Assembly (NCBI GenBank): GCA_951406725.2
Contig: OX597824.1
Span: 89,590,001 to 89,654,000 of the forward strand
Direction of reading: 5' to 3'
DNA length: 64,000 bases
Origin: Octopus vulgaris
Lineage: Eukaryota
Shown here: in pieces, positions 38,840-52,469 of the stretch
How positions within the stretch are numbered: the first letter of the stretch is position 1
How the letters are laid out: each line of letters opens with the position of its first letter
Made by a program: the position numbers and the translations under genes
The notes under the pieces: generated by a model
What the model saw: only the letters and a program-made list of their open reading frames with translations
What the model was told of the DNA's origin: nothing
Database searches by the model: none

Positions 38840-39400
38840 TTGCCTCCATCACTAAAACAGGCTGAATGTCGTGTCAGCCGTGATGCCAAACCACCCGCAT
38901 CCAAACCTCCAAAGCAGTTCTCCCAAAAAGACCGTTTCCTTGTGGTAGGCCGAGCCGGCACCTGAAACAACCAACAATACATAATAAACACAAACAAGCC
39001 AAACTCGTTCTCTCGCCAAACGATAACCAATAATACTTCACTGTCAAGAGGAGTAGAGGTCAACAAATGTTCAGATCTGAAGAGTTCGCTTAACCATGAG
39101 GAGGAAGTCCAATTTCCTGCCTTTAGATAGGCTCCAACATACTATAAATGTATGTTGGAGGTCATCTCAACAGAGAGTGTTTGAATCATTTAATTTACTG
39201 GCTTACTATGTCGGATGTACTTCGAAATCCATTGATGATGATTCGTTGAGTCGGAGCATATTGTATTTCATACTGCTGGGCCTCTATTCCTCTAAGCTGT
39301 CCCGGAAATAATCGCTGGCGATGGAGTTCTTGTTATATTGAGGACATGTTTACCAACACATATATTCGAGTCGGCCGAAAAAGGAATTTTAGCAGAGGCT
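38840..39400 (-). mobile_element. Probable L1/Tx1-like ORF2 remnant
   Basis: RKRSFWENCFGGLDAGGLASR resembles the post-RT GGL motif; heavily decayed. Confidence 0.3.
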
Positions 39401-39435
39401 AAAATAGAGAAGAAGCATTAAAATGTGTGAGTAGA

Positions 39436-39466
<31 letters not shown>

Positions 39467-39676
39467 CTCTCTCTCTGTATGTGTGTGTGTGTGTGTGTGA
39501 TAGACAGTGTTTTTATGTGTGTATATAAAGCTTATATATACATATATGGGCGCATGTATTTGTTTGTGTCTGTTTGTGTGTGTGTGTGTGTGTGTGTGAT
39601 TGAGAAAAATAGAGAGACTGTTTCCATGTATGTATATGGGCGTATATATATAAATACATGTACGTGTGTTTGTGTA

Positions 39677-39720
<44 letters not shown>

Positions 39721-40557
39721 TGTGTGTGTGTGTCTGTGTGTGATAGAGTGTTTTTATGTGTGTATATAGGCTTATATATACATATATGGACGCGCGTGTT
39801 TGTTTGTGTGTGTGATAGAGTGAAATAGAGAGACTATTTCCATGTATGTATATGGGTGTATATATATAAATACATGTACGTGTGCTTGTGTGCGTGTTTG
39901 TGTATGTGCATGTGTGTGTGTGTGTATGTGTGTGTGTGTGAGTACGTATTTATATACGTATACATAAGTACATATCTGTATATAAGTGCGTATATATAAA
40001 TATAAGCATATAGTATATACACATACAAATGTACACACACACACATACACACACACACGATATAATTTGTTTATGTCGCTTTCAGGACGCAAAATTCTTG
40101 AAGACATAATGGTCAAAAGAAGCAAAAGACATAACAAAAACTTCTAAAAAGAAAACAAACAAACAAAAGATAAATAGGAGAAGACACAAAAATGAATCCA
40201 TGTTCAATGAACAACGCACTTCAACACGGTTTTGACAGAGCTTGATCTACAAGAAATAGCAGCTAAGTCTCCCTCAAATCAGACATTATCATCTCAAGAA
40301 CTAGCGTTCCGTCGGTGATGCTGACGAAGTTTCCAACTGATCCGAGCATCGGAGTAGCCCCCTCGTGAAATTAATGTGCAGGTGGCTGAGCACTCCACAG
40401 ACACGTGTGCCCTTAATTCTCTGGGTAGATTCGGCGTGACACAGAATGCGATAAGGCTGGCCCCTTGAAATACAGGTACAGCTCATTTTTGCCAGGTGAG
40501 TGTATTGGAGCAACGTGAAATAAAGTCTTCCTCAAGGACACAAAACGCGGCTGGGAA

Positions 40558-41104
40558 GCGAAATTTTTTTTCCACGAGAGTTCCGGATCCCAATTATAAA
40601 CTCACATGCATACAACCAATCAGAGCTCAACTATCAAACTAATTTATGAGCGTATAACAAGTGATGGGCGATAAGACAAGGTCACTTGGGTAAGGAATGA
40701 CCATGTTTCTTTTCTCTTTTAGTAATGCTTGTTGTTCTTGTTCTTGTTTCAACCATGGCTGCCTCTGCGTAGTTATTTGTGTTGTTGTTTACTTTGTAAA
40801 ACAGTAAAGGAGAGAGGGTTGCTAGCACATCACCCTCTACCCACATTTTTCCCATCCGCATCTTTACCATATGGGGCCCTAACAAAATCCGATAAGAGGT
40901 ATAGATGCAAATCTATCTAATTACTTGTCCCCTTCTAAAATCAGGCATAATTTGGCCATCGGTCGACTTACAACACCGTTCTTCATCTTGAGTTTACTTG
41001 ATAAAAGTGTGTTTGTTAACATAAGGTCAAGGTGAGCTCTGATTGGCTGTATGCAAATGAGTTCATTACTGGGGTGCGGAACTCTCGTGAGGTAAAAATT
41101 CCGC
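40558..41104. mobile_element. Mutator-like MITE, ~70-bp TIRs, 9-bp TSD, inside a SINE (40303-41177)
   Basis: TIRs 40558-40628 / 41034-41104; TSD GGCTGGGAA/GGCCGAGAA. Confidence 0.7.
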
Positions 41105-41967
41105 GGCCGAGAATCGAACTCACAACCTTGCGATCGTGAGCCGAATAGTGGTGACCCTAACCACTAAGCTATGCGCTTTTATATCATCTCAAGAAAAAGA
41201 AAAGAAAGAACACCTTTTATGATGTAGTCCTGCATACACAAAAGCATGAGTTGGTCACGGTTGGAACGCCCTAAAGACGGTGCATCAACATGGCCGCAGT
41301 TCTGAGCTGAAACTACATAAAAGTATATATCAATATACATATATATATATATATATATATGTGTTTGTGTGTATGCATATACGAGGGCTTCTTGCGGTTT
41401 CCGTCTACCAAACCCACTCACAAGGCTTTGGTCGGCCCGAGGCTATAGTAGAAGACACTCACCCAAGGAGCTACGCAGTGGGACTGAACCCAGGACCATG
41501 TGGTTGGTAAGCAAACTACTTACCACACAGCCACTTCTGCGCCTATCGTTGTGTATCTTTTTATCTCTTTTATTGTTGTTCTACTTTGGAATTTTCTGTT
41601 TGTTTTTCCAAATTGTCGTAAACGAATTTGCATCCTGTAAACAAAGCCTGCAACCATTATGTGTGCGCGTGAGTGCATCTGCACTCGCTGTTTTAGTTCC
41701 TTGCAGCGCTGCTGGCTGCAAAGTCTCAATGTCCGTGCACATGCACGCAGTATAATCTCCTATCTCCTACCACAGCTGCACAGTCAAAAAGTTTGCTCAA
41801 TATCCATACTTTTTCATGTTCGCTACCATTGGCATGGCATCTCATGTACACTTCCCACATAAATACCTACACACACTCACATATTTATATGTATACGTTT
41901 TTACTTTATATACGCGAACGGATTTCCACATGTGTATATTCATACAGACATACGTACTTATATATAT

Positions 41968-42233
41968 AGTTATCGCCAAGCTAACAGGGCAGTCCAGAAA
42001 AATAGGGCGAATGCTGCCGTTGATTCGTTCCAAGAGGCCATCGCACAAACCTGTGTCCATTATAATCTTCGAACAGGGGAGGTCAGCAGCTTCCCCTCGC
42101 TTGTCAGGCAACCACAGTCTAGTTTCGAGGTGTTTGCCTCTTATCAATGTGGAGTAGCCGAGCCCAGCCGAACCTAATTAACGGCAGCATTCGTCCTATT
42201 TTTCTGGACTGCTATGTTAGCTTGGCGATAACT
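41968..42233. repeat. Inverted repeat (~60-bp arms) enclosing a degenerate hammerhead
   Basis: TAGTTATCGCCAAGCTAACA... / ...TGTTAGCTTGGCGATAACTA. Confidence 0.8.
42112..42152 (-). ncRNA. Degenerate hammerhead motif in the loop of an inverted repeat
   Basis: Reverse complement: ccaca TTGATAA GAGG-CAAACA-CCTC GAAA ctag AC tgtgg; stems intact, core mutated. Confidence 0.45.
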
Positions 42234-42286
42234 ATTAATATCCAGTACCGCTACCGTAGTCTCCTTTAGAGAGAATTAGAAATAAT

Positions 42287-42350
<64 letters not shown>

Positions 42351-42470
42351 CAGTGATGCCTCGTAGTGCGAGTTTAATTCGTTCCATGACCGAGCTCGAC
42401 TTACGATTTACTCGGTTTACAAATCCATTGAAATTAACTAAAATATAATTAATCCTTTCCAGCCCACCAC
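42351..42470 (+). mobile_element. pogo/Tigger-like terminal fragment
   Basis: TA|CAGTGATGCCTCG...TTTAATTCGTTCC end motif. Confidence 0.4.
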
Positions 42471-42962
42471 AACCACTGAAAAATAACTTTTTTACTTATT
42501 TCGAATTTTCTTCTTGGTAATCCACGGAGAAAAAACAGAGAGTATGTATTTTTAAGAATTTTCTTTCTTTTTTTCTTAAAGAAACACTAAAATCTCCTTC
42601 CCAAACATCCACCCATCACCTCATCACTTTCAAAAAGCTACAAACTCCCAATGTTTCGCCTTTTAGCTTTATGGAGAGCGGGGAAGTTTCTTCAGAAATA
42701 ATGTCGTTTACCTGTTGTTTCTAGCATGTTGGGTTTTCTGGTGGTGCACTAATACTTTTTACATATGCTAGTTCAGTACAATTCTACACATGCGTGAAAC
42801 ATCAGACGAAAGTGAAACATTGGGAGGTTTTAGCTTTATGAAAGTAGGTAGGTGATGGGTGGGTGAGGTGGGGGAAGGAGCATTGAGTGTTTCTTTAAGA
42901 AAAATTAAACTTTAAAACAAAATATATTTCCCAGATTCGTAATCTCTGTATTTTTCTACATA

Positions 42963-43345
42963 GTGGAGGCGCAATGGCCCAGTGGTTAGGGCAGCGGACT
43001 CGCGGTCGTAGGATCGCGGTTTCGATTCCCAGACCGGGCATTGTGAGTGTTTATTGAGCGAAAACACCTAAAGCTTCACGAGGCTCCTGCAGGGGGTGGC
43101 GGTGAACCCTGTTGTACTCTTTCACCACAACCTTCTCTCACTCTTTCTTCCTGTTTCTGTTGTACCTGTATTTCAAAGGGCCGGCCTTGTCACACTCTGT
43201 GTCACGCTGAATCTCCTCGAGAACTACGTTAAGGGTACACGTGTCTGTGGAGTGCTCAGCCACTTGCAGGTTAATTCCACGAGCAAGCTGTTCCGTTGAT
43301 CGTATCAGCTGGGACCCTCATCGTCGTAACCGACGGAGTGCTCCT
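42963..43345 (+). mobile_element. SINE C with TSD
   Basis: Full copy flanked by TATTTTTCTACAT on both sides. Confidence 0.85.
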
Positions 43346-43735
43346 TTTTTATTTTTCTACATGGATAAAAAAAAAAAATAATTTGTAGAAAAGTTACAAA
43401 TTAAGAAATTACGGTGGGGATGGGGCGAAACTAAAATTTTGAAAACGTAATTTCTAGGCAAACTCTCATTACCCCACTTTTATACGATGAACCAACACAT
43501 AGTTTGTGATCCTTCTTAAAAACAGAAAACATTTTCATGCAAACCCATGCAAATTGTACCCTCCCCACCTTCACTGTTAAACAAACAATAATTTCCATTA
43601 CGCTGGTAATCCAGTTTCACTATATATCAGCTGTGCCAATTCTACCCATAACAAAGGAACAAATAATACAATATGGCTGTAGGTCAGAAGAACTGGGCAA
43701 CGTCGGGATGCATTTCTAGTGTGTGTGTGTGTATG

Positions 43736-43787
<52 letters not shown>

Positions 43788-43810
43788 AACACATAGTTAT
43801 GTATGTATGA

Positions 43811-43856
<46 letters not shown>

Positions 43857-44111
43857 TTTTTTTCTTTCTTGTTTGTTTCAGTCATTTGACTGCGGCCATG
43901 CTGGAGCACGGCCTTTAGTCGTGCAAATCGACCCCGGAACTTATTCTTTGTAAGCCTAGTACTTATTCTATCGGACCCTCTTGCCGAACCGCTAAGTGAC
44001 GGGGACGTAAACACACCAGCATCGGTTGTCAAGCGATGTTGGGTGGACAAACACAGACACACAAACATGCACACACACATACACACACACACACACGCAT
44101 ATATATATATA

Positions 44112-44257
44112 CAAAATTAAGAGGAATGACCACTAAAGTGGACACTCTATATGCTAAACATAGACGTCAAATCGTCATTACCACGTGGTAATGACGATTT
44201 GACGTCTATGGTTAGCATATAGGGTTTCCACTTTAGTGGTCATTCCTTTTAATTTTG
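44112..44257. repeat. 146-bp loopless palindrome
   Basis: Centre CCAC|GTGG at 44184/44185, few mismatches. Confidence 0.9.
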
Positions 44258-44351
44258 CATGTAACATAATCTATAATCTTCGGGCAACGCACTATGCTAA
44301 CCCACTAGTTTTAATTGATTAATATCAATTTCTACCCTTATTATTTAATTT

Positions 44352-44501
<150 letters not shown>

Positions 44502-45107
44502 CAGACAGATACATATAAAATCCTAGGGCGAGGTGTAGGAAGAAAGTTGGCTTCAAACAATCCGTAATAAATATGCAAAACAACTTTCAGGGACAATAGT
44601 GGTTTATTGAGACGGAAGGTTGAGAATTTTTTTCTTGTCGAAGTACGATAAATTGAAAAGTGTACTTTTTGTACTTCAAGGTAGGCAACCAGGGTTGCCG
44701 GGTGTACGAATAAGAATACAAGAGTTGGCAAACAGAGTAGATAAGATCCGGGTTCCATATATTTCACAGCGGGTGGAACCTTGGACATGGTAAATATCCA
44801 AGCGAGGTGTATACCACGGGATACTCTTTAGGTCAAGGATATTTTGATTAAATGAAAGTTTAGATTGTCACAAGGAGGTACATGTTTCCACAAGGAAGAT
44901 TCAGTCAGAATGTGCGTGTGTGTGTGTATGTATGTACGTGTGTATGTATGTATGTATGTATGTATGTATGTATGTATGTATGTATGTATGTATGTATGCA
45001 TGTGTGTGTATGTATGTATGCATGTATGTCTGTGTTTGTTTCTCATCACTGCTTGACAACCGGCGCTGGTTTGTTTACAACCCCGTAACTTAGCTGTTGG
45101 CCACCTA

Positions 45108-45758
45108 ACTACCTTAAAATCCGGGTCGAATCCCAACTGCATGGGCCTCATGAACCTATGTGCATGTTGTAGAGTGCTAGACTTATCTATTTCACACGAC
45201 TACGTTATGATTTCAAATCCGGCTTGGATTAATATTACCGGAGCCACAAAAGTAAGCAGTAACCAAAGCTTTGAGTCGAGTCAGATAACTAAGAGAAGTT
45301 TTTCGGGTTTTCTCACACTCAAGAATTCCATTCATTTTAGCGGTTTCCGTCTTTGAGCTGTGGTCATACTGGGGCACCACCTTCAGTAATTTTTTAAGAC
45401 CGACTCCAATAATCACATGAGAGGATGCTGAAAAGTTCCTCGATTTATAGTTATCGCGAAGGGCCTAACTGTAGGCTCAACATTTCAAGTTGTTTTACAG
45501 GGTTTAGAAAAACTGAAGGACCGCTGCAATAAGTGCGTGAATCTGGGAAAGGAATATGTTGAATATTCTTTTTAGTTATCTGAGTCGACTCAAAGCTCTG
45601 GTTACTACTTCGTTTTGTGGCTCCGGTAATATTAATCCAAGCCGGATTTGAAATCAAAACGTAGTCGTATGAAATAGATAAAAGCCTAGCGGCCTATGAC
45701 ATGCACATACGCTCATGAGGCCCATGCAGTTGGGATTCAACCCGGATTTTAAGGTAGT
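45108..45758. repeat. Inverted repeat with ~190-bp arms; spacer holds a mariner-like MITE fragment
   Basis: 45108-45297 is the reverse complement of 45566-45758. Confidence 0.8.
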
Positions 45759-45767
45759 TAATGATAT

Positions 45768-45808
<41 letters not shown>

Positions 45809-45901
45809 AAGTTAATCCAAACAAGAAAACAAAAAGACAACAACGCAAGGATGTGGAACAAATAAAGTATTATTGGACGCTCAGGAAAGAAGGGAAGGAG
45901 G

Positions 45902-45936
45902 GTTTTACGTTTCGAGCTGAGCTCTTCGTCGGAAAC
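45902..45936 (-). ncRNA. Minimal hammerhead variant (CCGACGA core, GUA site)
   Basis: Reverse complement: gttt CCGACGA a GAGC-TCA-GCTC GAAAC GTA aaac. Confidence 0.65.
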
Positions 45937-46101
45937 ATAGGAGAAGGAAAGATCCCGAGACGGGAGGACAGAGGAAAAAAATCGCCGGTGGTATTCACGA
46001 GGTTACATACTAAAGAGCGGAAGTGGTAAAAATGGAGGAAAATTACACACACACGCACACACATATGCTCACAATCATTCATCGTCAAAGGTATGTGTAT
46101 G

Positions 46102-46287
46102 CAGGGCCGGCTCAAGGTAACGGCAACTCGGGGAGTCGCCCGGCACCATGTGCTACGGGGCACCATGTGCTACGGGGCACCATGTGCTACGAGGCATGAC
46201 AGAGACAAGGAAGTTTTCATGACCGTCAGCTTGTACACGCCAAAGTTCAGCTTGCTCGCGGCGCCAGCAAACCCAGGGCCGGCCCTG
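46102..46287. mobile_element. GC-rich MITE with CAGGGCCGG TIRs and an internal 17-bp repeat x3
   Basis: CAGGGCCGG...CCGGCCCTG; GGCACCATGTGCTACG repeats; no TSD seen. Confidence 0.6.
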
Positions 46288-46589
46288 ACCCTAATCAAAA
46301 CCCTTATCATCGAACTATTTCGCTACTAGCCACAAATTTAGCCTTTTACATGGTAGTAGGCACTTCGACGCTCTAAAAGCTGTAACTGTTCGAGCGGCTT
46401 CACGAATTGTGTGCGTCCTGCATGACCCGCATAGGCTGGTCTCATTATTGAGGTGTGTTTGCAGTAAGCTGTTTAATGAAGGGTAAGATGTGTTGGGAAA
46501 GTCCGAATTGGCCATTGCACGGAATGGCTGAAACGCACACAAGGTCATTGAGAAATTGAGTGTGTTTATCTAGTTTGTATGAAATATAC

Positions 46590-46939
46590 ATCGGATCGGA
46601 GACCCCCTTCGGTTACAAATGAACATGGGATTGCCCGTAGAAAGTTACCCTCCGAGGCGCAAGTCCAGGCAAGATTGTTTATGGAAGACCAGCAGTCGCC
46701 CATGCATACCAGCCTCCCCTCTCCACGCCACCAGTATTATCCAAGGGAAAGGCAAAGGAGCCGATACAGCTTGGCCCCAGTGACGTCGCAACTCATTTTT
46801 ACAGCTGAGTGAACTGGGAACAACGTGAAATAAAGTGTCTTGCTCAAGAACACAACACGCGCAGCCCGGTCCGAGATTCGAACTCCCAACCTCACGGTCA
46901 TAAGTTCGACGCTCTAACCACTGAGCCATGTGCCTTCAC
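46590..46939 (-). mobile_element. SINE D with TSD (TGAAATATACAT)
   Basis: tRNA head TGGCTCAGTGG/GTTCGAATC; matches 7333-7676. Confidence 0.85.
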
Positions 46940-47420
46940 TGAAATATACATACATTCATAAGAACGAAAGTATATCAGATTAAATCCGATAAAACAAATA
47001 GTCACAAGAGTTGAACATCGACATTGTTTTTGTTTTTGTTGTTGTTGTTGTTGTTGTTGCAGATATATTTGTCAAAGGTAGGGCGTATTGCTTGATAAAA
47101 GATTCCTTGAGTGTGTGATGACGTTTCTGTTTGCTTATATCGAGTTGGCATCTAAGTGTGCATACGTGTACGACACACACACACGCACACACACACAATC
47201 ACACACACTTGTTTTATTTATATTTCCTGAGCGCCATACTAATACAATTGTTTGTTTGTATTCCACCTGGCTTCGTCTTTTGTTTATTTCCGTAAACCTG
47301 CCTTCGTCTTTTGTCTATTTTCATAAAGCTTCCCGTTATATATATATGTGATCTCTTGAGCACCACCAGCTCAAATATTTTTTCCTCTGTCTTCCCTTCT
47401 TGGGATCTTTCCTTCTCCTT

Positions 47421-47455
47421 GTTTCCGACGAAGAGCTCCGCTCGAAACGTGAAAC
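47421..47455 (+). ncRNA. Minimal hammerhead variant with GUG triplet (probably inactive)
   Basis: gttt CCGACGA a GAGC-TCC-GCTC GAAAC GTG aaac. Confidence 0.55.
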
Positions 47456-47559
47456 CCTCCTTCCCTTCTTTCCTGCGTTGCTGTGTTTTTTCTCTTTTTT
47501 TCTGTGTTTTCTTGTTTGGATTAACTTTATATATATATTTATATGTATTAATATATATA

Positions 47560-47629
<70 letters not shown>

Positions 47630-47849
47630 GTATATATATATATATTGTGTGTGTGTGTGTGTACAGGTGCACATATATATATACGTGTAAGTATGCAGCG
47701 TTATAAGTATGCAAGTGTGCATACACATGCACGCACGCACGCGAAGGTTGTACAGGAGTGCAAAAACTGGTGCAGTTTCTTTTATTATCAACTGACACAG
47801 ATCGCTCAGATTGCATATGTCGATAGAGTACCTGGTCCTCTCTTGTAAC

Positions 47850-49015
47850 TCTTCATCCTGTTCTTCATTACCGGAAAATAATGGATTCCAAGCAGAAACA
47901 ACACGCTGTCACTGAGGTTTTGACGAAGAAGGCCGCAGATTTTTTTTTTAGTGAGATGAGATCATTAACAAGAGAAATATGAACCGATGGATGAAGTCTA
48001 TAGAAGGGGAAACCAGTATTGAAGACAGATGAGGGTGACCATCAACTGCGACCACTAAAACGAACCCTGGAAGTGGAAGAACTGATTCGCACAAGATAGA
48101 AGAGCCATTATCTATGAGCTTGCCACATAACTGAATCGTGGTTACAATGTTTTACGGAAGATGGTAGAATACTTTGGGTTTGATAAACTGTGTACAAAGG
48201 GGCTACTCGAGTTATTAATACCCGATTTGAAGAAAAGAAGGGTGGATGCCTACTCTGATCTGTTGGAAGCGCTGAAACTACCAAAGACACGGTTCTTTTC
48301 CTTCTAGTCACAGTAGATGAACTGTGGCAGCATCTTTATAATCCGGAAACGAAGGTTCATTTCTGGAAGGGCGTCACACCTTTTCTCCAAGGCCCAAGAA
48401 GTTCAAGAACGAGCGATCGGTACAGAAAGACGCAGAGATTGTTTTGGGGATGACAAGGGTTTCATTCGTCTTGATTGGTCCCTAACCCATTTCTTTACTA
48501 CCCACAAGGGGCTACACACAGAGGGGACAAACAAGGACAGACAAAGGGATTAAGTCGATTATATCGACCCCAGTGCGTAACTGGTACTTAATTTATCAAC
48601 CCTGACAGGATGAAAGGCAGAGTCGACCTCGGCGGAATTTGAACTCAGAACGTAACGGCAGACGAAATACGGCTACGCATTTCACCCGGCGTGCTAACGT
48701 TTCGGCCAGCTCGCCGCCAAACCACCATACAACCAAGATCTGGTTCCTTTCAACTTCCACCGGTTTGGATCAGTGAAGGAGAAATTTCGGGGATAACGAT
48801 TTAGTGACACAGACGAAGTGGAGATTATTACCCGGATTTGAGGCGAAGGGAACCCGAGAGTTGGGTTTAACGATGGCGTCAGTGCATCGCTTATGGTGTT
48901 AAAAGCTTTGCATAGAGAAAAGTTATGGTACTAGCATATGCATTTTAAGCAACCTGTGCTTGTTAAAAAAACTTATGCCTAATTCTGCTTAGCTTTTGGT
49001 ATAACCTTCCTCCGT
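47850..49015 (+). mobile_element. Mariner transposase remnant interrupted by SINE B (48490-48718)
   Basis: WMPT (WVP-like), LVTVDELWQHLYNPETK and PPYNQDLVPFNFHRFG (YSPDLAPSDF-like) motifs. Confidence 0.75.
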
Positions 49016-49019
49016 GTAT

Positions 49020-49570
49020 GCGTGCTGAGTGCGTGTGTGAGTGTGCGTTCGTGTGTATGTATGTATGTATGTATGTATGTATGTATGTATGTATGTATGT
49101 ATGTATGTATGTATGTATGTATGTATGTATGTATTTGTGTGTGTATGTATGTATGTATGTGTGTGTGTGTATGTATGTATGTGTGTGTGTATGTATGTAT
49201 GTATGTATGTATGTATGTATGTATGTATGTATGTATGTATGTATGTATGTATGTATGTATGTATGTATGTATTTATGTATGTATATATGTATGTCTGTGT
49301 GTATGTATGTATGTATGTATGTATGCATTTATGTATGTATGTATGTGTGTGTGTGTATGTATGTATGTATGTATATATATATGTATGCATGTATGTATGT
49401 ATGTATGTATTTAAGTGTGTATGTATGTATATATGTGTGTGTGTATGTACGTTATGTATGTATGTATGTGTGTGTGTATGTATGTATGTATGTATGTATG
49501 TATGTATGTATGTATGTATGCATGTATGTATGTATGTATATATGTATGTAAGCACGTGTATGTATGTATG
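49020..49570. repeat. (TATG)n microsatellite tract
   Basis: Direct reading. Confidence 0.9.
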
Positions 49571-50277
49571 ATTTATCATTTTTGAAGTCACGTATGCGGC
49601 TCAAGGGCCCCCAGTTTCGTGCCAGTGTACTTCAATCAATTATGCAGCTACAAAGCCAATAGATCATAAATGCATACTCTGCCATGTGTATAGATTTCTA
49701 TTTCAGCCGTTTATACAACACCCAATCACCTCTGTGAGTGTGTGTGTGCGCGCGTATGTATGCATATTGTGTGTGTGTATGCATATTCATTATTACTTTT
49801 TTTAATTACTTTTAATACACACAAACAAAATAAAAATGTAACTCATTCACCAAAGGCAAAGAATCGAATTGAAAAGAAGACATTCACCACTCTTTTAATG
49901 ATAAGTACAACAATGAGCGAAAAGGCAGATATTATTCTGTCTTTATGCTACAGTATTTCATGTATTTTGAAGCTTCATTTGCGGTCATTGGTTCAACCAA
50001 CAACACACATTTGTATATAAATTTAACAAGAGGGGAAAATGCTAATTGTGGCTTGCTAAGAATAAAATATAAACCATTTAATTATGCAATGAATTCCATA
50101 GATTAAAAAAATATTTCTATAATTAATTGGAAATCATATTTGTTTTTAATATATCAAATTATTGATATACAAATGATTTTAGCCAGGGTATTCGCTATCT
50201 GCATGCGTAACAATAGGACCCGAAGTCGTTCTATATTTTAATTTATAAAGCAAATGTATGTTTGTATGTATATATCG

Positions 50278-50649
50278 TGGCACTCCGTCGGTTACGACGA
50301 CGAGGGTTCCAGTTGATCTGATCGACGGAAAAGCCTGCTCGTGAAATTAACGTGTAAGTGGCTGAGCACTCCACAGACACGTGTACCCTTAACGTAGTTC
50401 TCGGGGGAGATTCAGCGTGACACAGAATGTGACAAGGCTGGCCCTTTGAAATACAGGTACAAGAGAAACAGGAAGAAAGAGTGAGAGAAAGTTGTGGTGA
50501 AAGAGTACAGCAGGGTTCGTCACCACCCTCTGCCGGAGCGTCGTGGTGCTTTAGGTGTTTTTGTTCAATAAACACTCACAACGCCGGGTCTGGGAATCGA
50601 AACCGCGATCCTACACACTACCCTAAACACTGGGCCATTGCGCCTCCAC
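50278..50649 (-). mobile_element. SINE C
   Basis: Family C sequence. Confidence 0.85.
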
Positions 50650-50682
50650 ATGTATGTATGCATACATACTCAAATATATATA

Positions 50683-50825
<143 letters not shown>

Positions 50826-51044
50826 GTATATATATACACACACACACACATATACATATATATATATGAGGGTCAATGTTGACCGTGTATGTCTAAGTGA
50901 CTTTTGTTGTTTTTTCCTAATTTTTATTTGAGATTTATCTATGTGTGTATGTATGTGTGTGTACGTGTGTGTGTGTCTGTGTCTCTGTGTGTGTGCGTGT
51001 GTGTGTCTGTGTGTGTGTGTGTGTGTGTGTGTCTACGTAGGAGC

Positions 51045-51490
51045 ATCGTACAGGTATGGCTAGTTGGTAAGCAGCATGCTTCCCAGTCACAAGGTCCCGA
51101 GTTCAGTCCCACTGCGTGGCACCTTGGGCAAGTGTCTTCTACTATAGCCTCGGGCCAACCAAAGCCTTATGAGTGGATTTGGTAGACGGAAACTGAAAGA
51201 ATCCCGTCGTATATGTGTATAAATGTGTGTGTGTGTGTGTGTGTGTGTGTTTGTGTGTAGGTGTATACTTTTGCGTATGTTTTAGTGTATCTTCGTCCCT
51301 CACAATCGCTTTATAGCCGGTGTCATTTTGTTTACGTCCCTGTAACTTAGCGGTTCGGCAAAAGTGATCGACAGGATAAGTACTAAGCTTTGAAAAAAAT
51401 GTACAGGGTTCAATTTATTCGACTAAAGTCTTTCAAGGAGGTGATCCAGCATGGCCACAGTCTAATAGCTGAAACAAATAAATGGTAAAA
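51045..51490 (+). mobile_element. SINE A (diverged)
   Basis: Family A head and tail. Confidence 0.75.
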
Positions 51491-52253
51491 GATATAAAAA
51501 AAAAGAAGAAAAATGCGCGTATTTCACTGTTCGAAAATTCGATCTGTTTACTCGCCATTCATAAACACATAGACATCTGCATGGACACACGCACACACGC
51601 ACACACACACACACACTCTCTCACACACACACACACACACACACGCGCGCGCGCGCACACACACACCTACATACAAACACAAGAATATACACACACATAC
51701 AAACATACACACACACACAAGCACACACACACACACACCTACATACAAACACAAGAATATACACATACATACATACAAACACACACACACACACAGAAGC
51801 ACACATACATACACACCTGCACAGAAACACACAAGAACATACACATACATAGAAGCACACACACAAACATACATATACACAAGCACATACACACACATAC
51901 AAACACACCTATACACATGCACACGAGAACAAACGCATATATACAAACACTCACACACACACACCTACTAAGAAAACACAAACACGCATACACACAAGAA
52001 CACACATAAACACACACACATACGCATACACACCAATACACCTACACACGACATCATACACATACATACAGGCACACGCACACACCTACACGCAAAAACA
52101 TATACACAGAAGAACATGCATACAAACACACACATACCTACACATACACACCTACACGCAAAAACACATAGACACACCCCACTGATAACAAACACACATG
52201 GCTCTTCTCCCACCTCGTTCTAACATATCACGCCATCTTCCGAGAAACTGCCG

Positions 52254-52306
52254 CCAATCAAACCACTCGTAACCTCACTAAATATCCACCATTTTGCCTT
52301 ATATAT
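52254..52306 (+). promoter_or_regulatory. CCAAT and TATA-like core promoter candidate for NPC2-B
   Basis: CCAAT at 52254 and TATATAT at 52300, about 85 nt before the ATG. Confidence 0.4.
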
Positions 52307-52387
52307 CTTTTATCCGTACTCTACAAACCATATCGAAATTTTCAACAAAAATCCTCTCTGCAAACCTTAGCTTTGTCTCCTCCGACC

Positions 52388-52469
52388 ATGAATAACAGCC
52401 TCCACTTCATACCTCTTTTCCTCTTCGCATTCGCTGTCGTCGTTGGTGCTTCGCCATACCAAGCTTGCC
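52388..52469 (+). CDS. NPC2: NPC2-B exon 1
   Basis: ACCATG, hydrophobic leader, TGC C|gtaagt; 82 nt. Confidence 0.92.
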
